Assembly (NCBI GenBank): GCA_028826165.1 | Contig: JAPDFW010000038.1 | Location: forward strand, 1 to 57,615 | Length of the DNA stretch: 57,615 nucleotides | Source of the DNA: Anaeramoeba ignava BMAN | Lineage: Eukaryota; Protista; Anaeramoebae | Direction: 5' to 3' | In this document: piece after piece, positions 53,225 to 57,615 of the stretch | Layout of the letters: every line of letters begins with the position of its first letter | How positions within the stretch are numbered: the first letter of the stretch is position 1 | Translations under genes and position numbers: made by a program | Notes under the pieces: model-generated | What the model was told of the DNA's origin: nothing | The model's database searches: none | What the model saw: only the letters and a program-made list of their open reading frames with translations

Positions 53225-55223
53225 ATGGAAATTGAACTTGATGAAAATAACGAAAACGAGGAAGAGACTTTTCAGGAATTAAAGAAGGAACTCCAAATGA
53301 TTTTTTCACTAGGTTACCAAAGTGAAACCATTGTGAATTGCTTATTAAGATTCAAAATTATAGGTTCGGTTCAAACATATTCAACTGCAGAAAGTATTGA
53401 AATTGTCACACAACTTTGGAGAAGTTATTTTATAGATGCAACTGCTTTTTTGAAAGCCATTGAAATTTTAAGAAATCAAAATAACGAAGATATGAAACCT
53501 CCAATTCCTCCACTCTTTGAGAATTCATCCCATATTTTAGGAGATGAACATTTTTATGAAACAGATATGGATAATTCCCTCGATAACTTCCCCTTTTTGG
53601 AAAGATCTTATGAAGAGAATGAATCCGAAATTGATCAAGTCTTCTCGAATCACACATATGTAAATGAAAATACAAGAAGAAATATCTCTCCATATTCAGG
53701 TGAACAGAGGAGAATGCGTCGAGAACAGGAATTAGGTAATTTTTCTTTTGAAATATATATATATATAAAAGAAAACAAAAGCAAAAATCCAAACTAACCA
53801 AGATCATCAAGGTGATGGTCGAGAGAGCCAAAATTCTTCACAAAAAAAAAAGTGTTCATTATGCTTTCAATACAAAAGTAAACCACATATTTGTCCTTGC
53901 GAAAACGAAATGCGCGATCTTGGAACTCTAGAAATATTTAAGAGATGCGCAAATAATATCCGAGAAGGTGAAAAAAGAAGATACATATATTCTAGATGTG
54001 TGAATAACGCATCAGAACAATATCTGGAAGAAAATATTAATAAGGAAATTCTTGATTGGAAACAAACTAGAAGGAATAATAATCCCCCAAAAAGAACCAA
54101 TCCCACACTTGTTAATATGGAGGAAAATTTACATATACTTCATCAAGAAAACGATCCTGAAGTGAAAAAACAAAAGTTAATCCAAAATCAAAGGAGAAAT
54201 AAGTAAAAAAACAAAAACAAAACAAAAACAAAAAAAAAAAAACAAAAACGAAATTATATTCTTTTGATATTAGTCATATTTCAAATATTACAAATGATAA
54301 TCTAAACAACGATAGGAATAAAAGCAACACGACCACCATCACCAACAACAATAATAATAATAATCAACATCATTATTTTACCAATAATCTTTCTAATAAT
54401 ACTCATGCCAATAACCGCTCAAATTACCGAAGCCAAAGAAGAGTTTTTTTACCAAAAAGAAATGAATCAAATACATCTAGAAGACTTGCTCGTATTCAGA
54501 CACGATCCCAATCCAGAATACCTGATATAAATGAAAATGGAAAAGAAGAATATATTTCCAAATCAAAATCAAAATCAAAATCAAAATCAAAATCAAAATC
54601 AAAATCGCAAACACAATCTATTTCAATTTCAAATTCAAATTCAAATTCAAAATCAAAATCAAATTCAAATTCAAAATCGCAAACACAATCTATTTCAATT
54701 TCAATTTCAAATTCAAAATCAAATTCAAATTCAAATTCAAGATCAGAATCGCAATCAAAATCAAAATCAAAATCAAAATCAAAATCAAAATCAAAATCAA
54801 AATCAAAATCAAAACCAAAATCAAAATCAAAATCAAAATCAAAATCAAAATCAAAATCAAAATCAAAATCAAAATCAAAATCAAAATCAAAATCAAAATC
54901 AAAATCAAAACCAAAATCAAAATCAAAATCAAAATCAAAATCGAAAATCAAAATCAAAACCAAAATCAAAATCAAAATCAAAATCAACTACTTTTTTAAA
55001 ACACCAAAAACCAAAAATGAAGAGCAAAAAGAAGCTTCAATTCTCTGAATTTTCTGAGCAATTTCAACAAACAGAAACTGAAGAGCAAAATTATAGAGGC
55101 AACCAAAATATAGATTTGGTTAATAAAGAAGATCATTCAACTTACAAAGTTATTCAGCAACAGCAACAACGAAGATTTTTTGTTCCAATAAATGCAGAAA
55201 AAGAATCATCAGATGAAAATTAG
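53225..55223 (+). CDS. Transposon cargo gene of unknown function; join(53225..53735,53803..54202,54274..55048 or ..55223 with one frameshift)
   Basis: Introns 53736-53802 (GTAATT...ACTAACCAAG, phase 1) and 54203-54273 (GTAAAA...TTAG, phase 2) link the track ORFs in frame. It has an N-terminal UBA-like LQMIFSLGYQSETIVNCLLRF, CSLCFQYKSKPHICPC, and N-rich and (SK)n tracts. As assembled it stops at 55048 (561 aa). Removing one base near 54944 extends the SK frame to TAG 55223 (619 aa). Confidence 0.7.
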
Positions 55224-55459
55224 AAGGAGGAGAATCGAGCAATAATTAATTTGCATAAGGATTTCTATTGAACTTACTTACTATTTCTAAATCAAAATAT
55301 TGGAGAATATATGATGGAATCATAATAAATGGATAATCACATTATGATTGATGCTCCTGAATCCATAATCTAATTGTCAATTAACTCTCAAATAATACTG
55401 AATTTTTTTCCCATTCTTCCAAATCAAACAATAAACAAAATCATTTCTTTTATTTTATT

Positions 55460-55676
<217 letters not shown>

Positions 55677-55842
55677 TGAAAAGAAAAACAAATCGAAAAA
55701 TATAAATATAAATATAAATAAATCAATTAATTTTGTTTATAAATTATTCATTCAATAGTTTCTAAATCATTTTTTTAAAAGCCAAATTATCCAAATAAAT
55801 AAAAATAAAAATATAAAAATAAAAATAAAAAGAATATCATCA

Positions 55843-56265
55843 ATCTGAAAATAAATCTTAAAATCAATCTTAAAATCAATCTGAAAATAAATCTTAAAAT
55901 AAATCTGAAAATCAATCTTAAAATAAATCTTAAAATAAATCTGAAAATCAATCTTAAAATAAATCTGAAAATCAATCTGAAAATCAATCTAAAAATAAAT
56001 CTTAAAATAAATCTGAAAATCAATCTTAAAATAAATCTTAAAATAAATCTGAAAATAAATCTAAAAATCAATCTTAAAATCAATCTTAAAATAAATCTGA
56101 AAATAAATCTTAAAATAAATCTTAAAATAAATCTGAAAATCAATCTTAAAATAAATCTTAAAATAAATCTTAAAATAAATCTTAAAATAAATCTAAAAAT
56201 AAATCTTAAAATAAATCTGAAAATCAATCTGAAAATAAATCTGAAAATCAATCTGAAAATCAATC
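55843..56265. repeat. 12-bp minisatellite, CTT-rich variant
   Basis: AAAAT(A/C)AATCT(T/G) units. Confidence 0.95.
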
Positions 56266-56764
56266 AATTTATTTTTCGTTATTTTTGTTTTAAATTATCA
56301 ACAAGAACAACAACAAGAACAATAACAACAATAAGAAATTTCCTTCAATAAATGTAAATTATAACTAAAATTATAATTAAAATTAAAAATTAAAAATTTA
56401 GAATTAATATTAATAAATTTATTTTGTTAATGAATAGTTTTTTTGTTTTGATTATTGATATTGAAAGAAAAATTGATTTTAATATTATTATTAATATTAA
56501 TATTGATTATTTTTTGATTCTTTTATATTTTAAATAATTAAAAAGATTTTGTTAATTATTTTTGAATCTTGTATTAATTAATTTAGAATCAATTAATTAA
56601 TCAATTAATTATAAATTCTTTTCATTTTTGATTTTTGATTTTTGATTTTATAAAGATTACATTAATTAAAATGTTTTTGAAAGTGAATTTTTTTTTTGTT
56701 TTTTTGTTTTTAAAAAATAAAAGCACTAATCAAAATTTTCAATTTAAAACCTATTTAACCTAAT

Positions 56765-57615
56765 AAAAATAATAGAAATAAAATAATCAATTAAATAATA
56801 GAAATAAAATAATTAATTTAAATTTATTATTTAATTATTTATAATTGAAATAAAAATAATAAAAATAATTAATTAAATAATTAATAATAAAAATAAATAA
56901 TAAAAAATAGTTTTATAATTTAAAATAAATATGAAATAAATAATAAAAATAAAATATTCAATTTAAATTTATTATTTAATTATTTATAATTAAAATAAAA
57001 ATAATAAAAATATTTAATTAAATAATAAATAATAAAAATAAATAATAAAATATAATTTTATAATTTGAAATAAATATAAAATTAATAATAGAAATAAAAT
57101 AAATAATTTAAATTTATTATTTAATTATTTATAATTGAAATAAAAATAATAAAATATTTAATTAAATAATTAATAATAAAATAAATAATAAAAATAATTT
57201 CATAATTTAAAATAAATATAAAATAAATAATAGAAATAAAATAAATAATTTAAATTTATTATTTAATTATTTATAATTGAAATAAAAATAATAAATATTT
57301 AATTAAATAATTAATAATAAAAATAAATAATAAAATATAATTTTATAATTTAAAATAAATATAAAATTAATAATAGAAATAAAATAATTAATTTAAATTT
57401 ATTATTTAATTATTTATAATTGAAATAAAAATAATAAAAATAATTAAATTAAATAATTAATAATAAAAATTAATAATAAAATATAATTTTATAATTTGAA
57501 ATAAATATAAAATAAATAATAGAAATAAAATATTTAATTTAAATTTATTATTTAATTATTTATAATTGAAATAAAAATAATAAAAATAATTAATTAAATA
57601 ATTAATAATAAAATA
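56765..57615. repeat. ~145-bp A/T satellite (runs off the window)
   Basis: Same unit as 35660-38860. Confidence 0.88.

Noticed and set aside
53183-55223. Fanzor/TnpB nuclease as cargo of the IS630-like or Sola2-like element
   Set aside because: Both superfamilies can carry Fanzors, but no RuvC I/II/III motifs or C-terminal paired CxxC-RD pattern are visible in either element.
54531-55223. 230-aa QN-repeat (prion-like) ORF as a separate gene
   Set aside because: The spliced upstream exon enters the repeat in the SK frame. The QN frame appears to result from one extra base near 54944.

Overview
This is extremely AT-rich eukaryotic DNA with the standard code and short GT-AG introns, some with ACTAA branch points. 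It resembles an anaerobic amoeboid or metamonad protist such as Anaeramoeba, but that assignment is inference only. The left third (1-21 kb) holds decayed coding remnants, a frameshifted multi-exon BTB + armadillo-repeat gene, and a 2-kb TA-flanked TIR element filled with a 10-bp satellite. The right two thirds is a nest of DNA transposons. (i) A complete 4.6-kb Sola2-like element (GAG...CTC ends, ATAT target duplication) whose single spliced ORF fuses a DDD transposase to an apparently intact ubiquitin-specific protease (USP/C19). (ii) Several nested or truncated copies of a very large IS630/Tc1-mariner-like element with TA|CAG...CTG|TA imperfect ends. It is built from repeated modules carrying 12-, ~76-, ~145- and ~173-bp tandem repeats. 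One copy encodes a DD36E transposase plus a spliced cargo gene with UBA-like and Zn-knuckle-like motifs. Two non-coding copies carry an identical GC-rich rod/Y-shaped hairpin island. Most short ORFs in the supplied track are artefacts of simple repeats.
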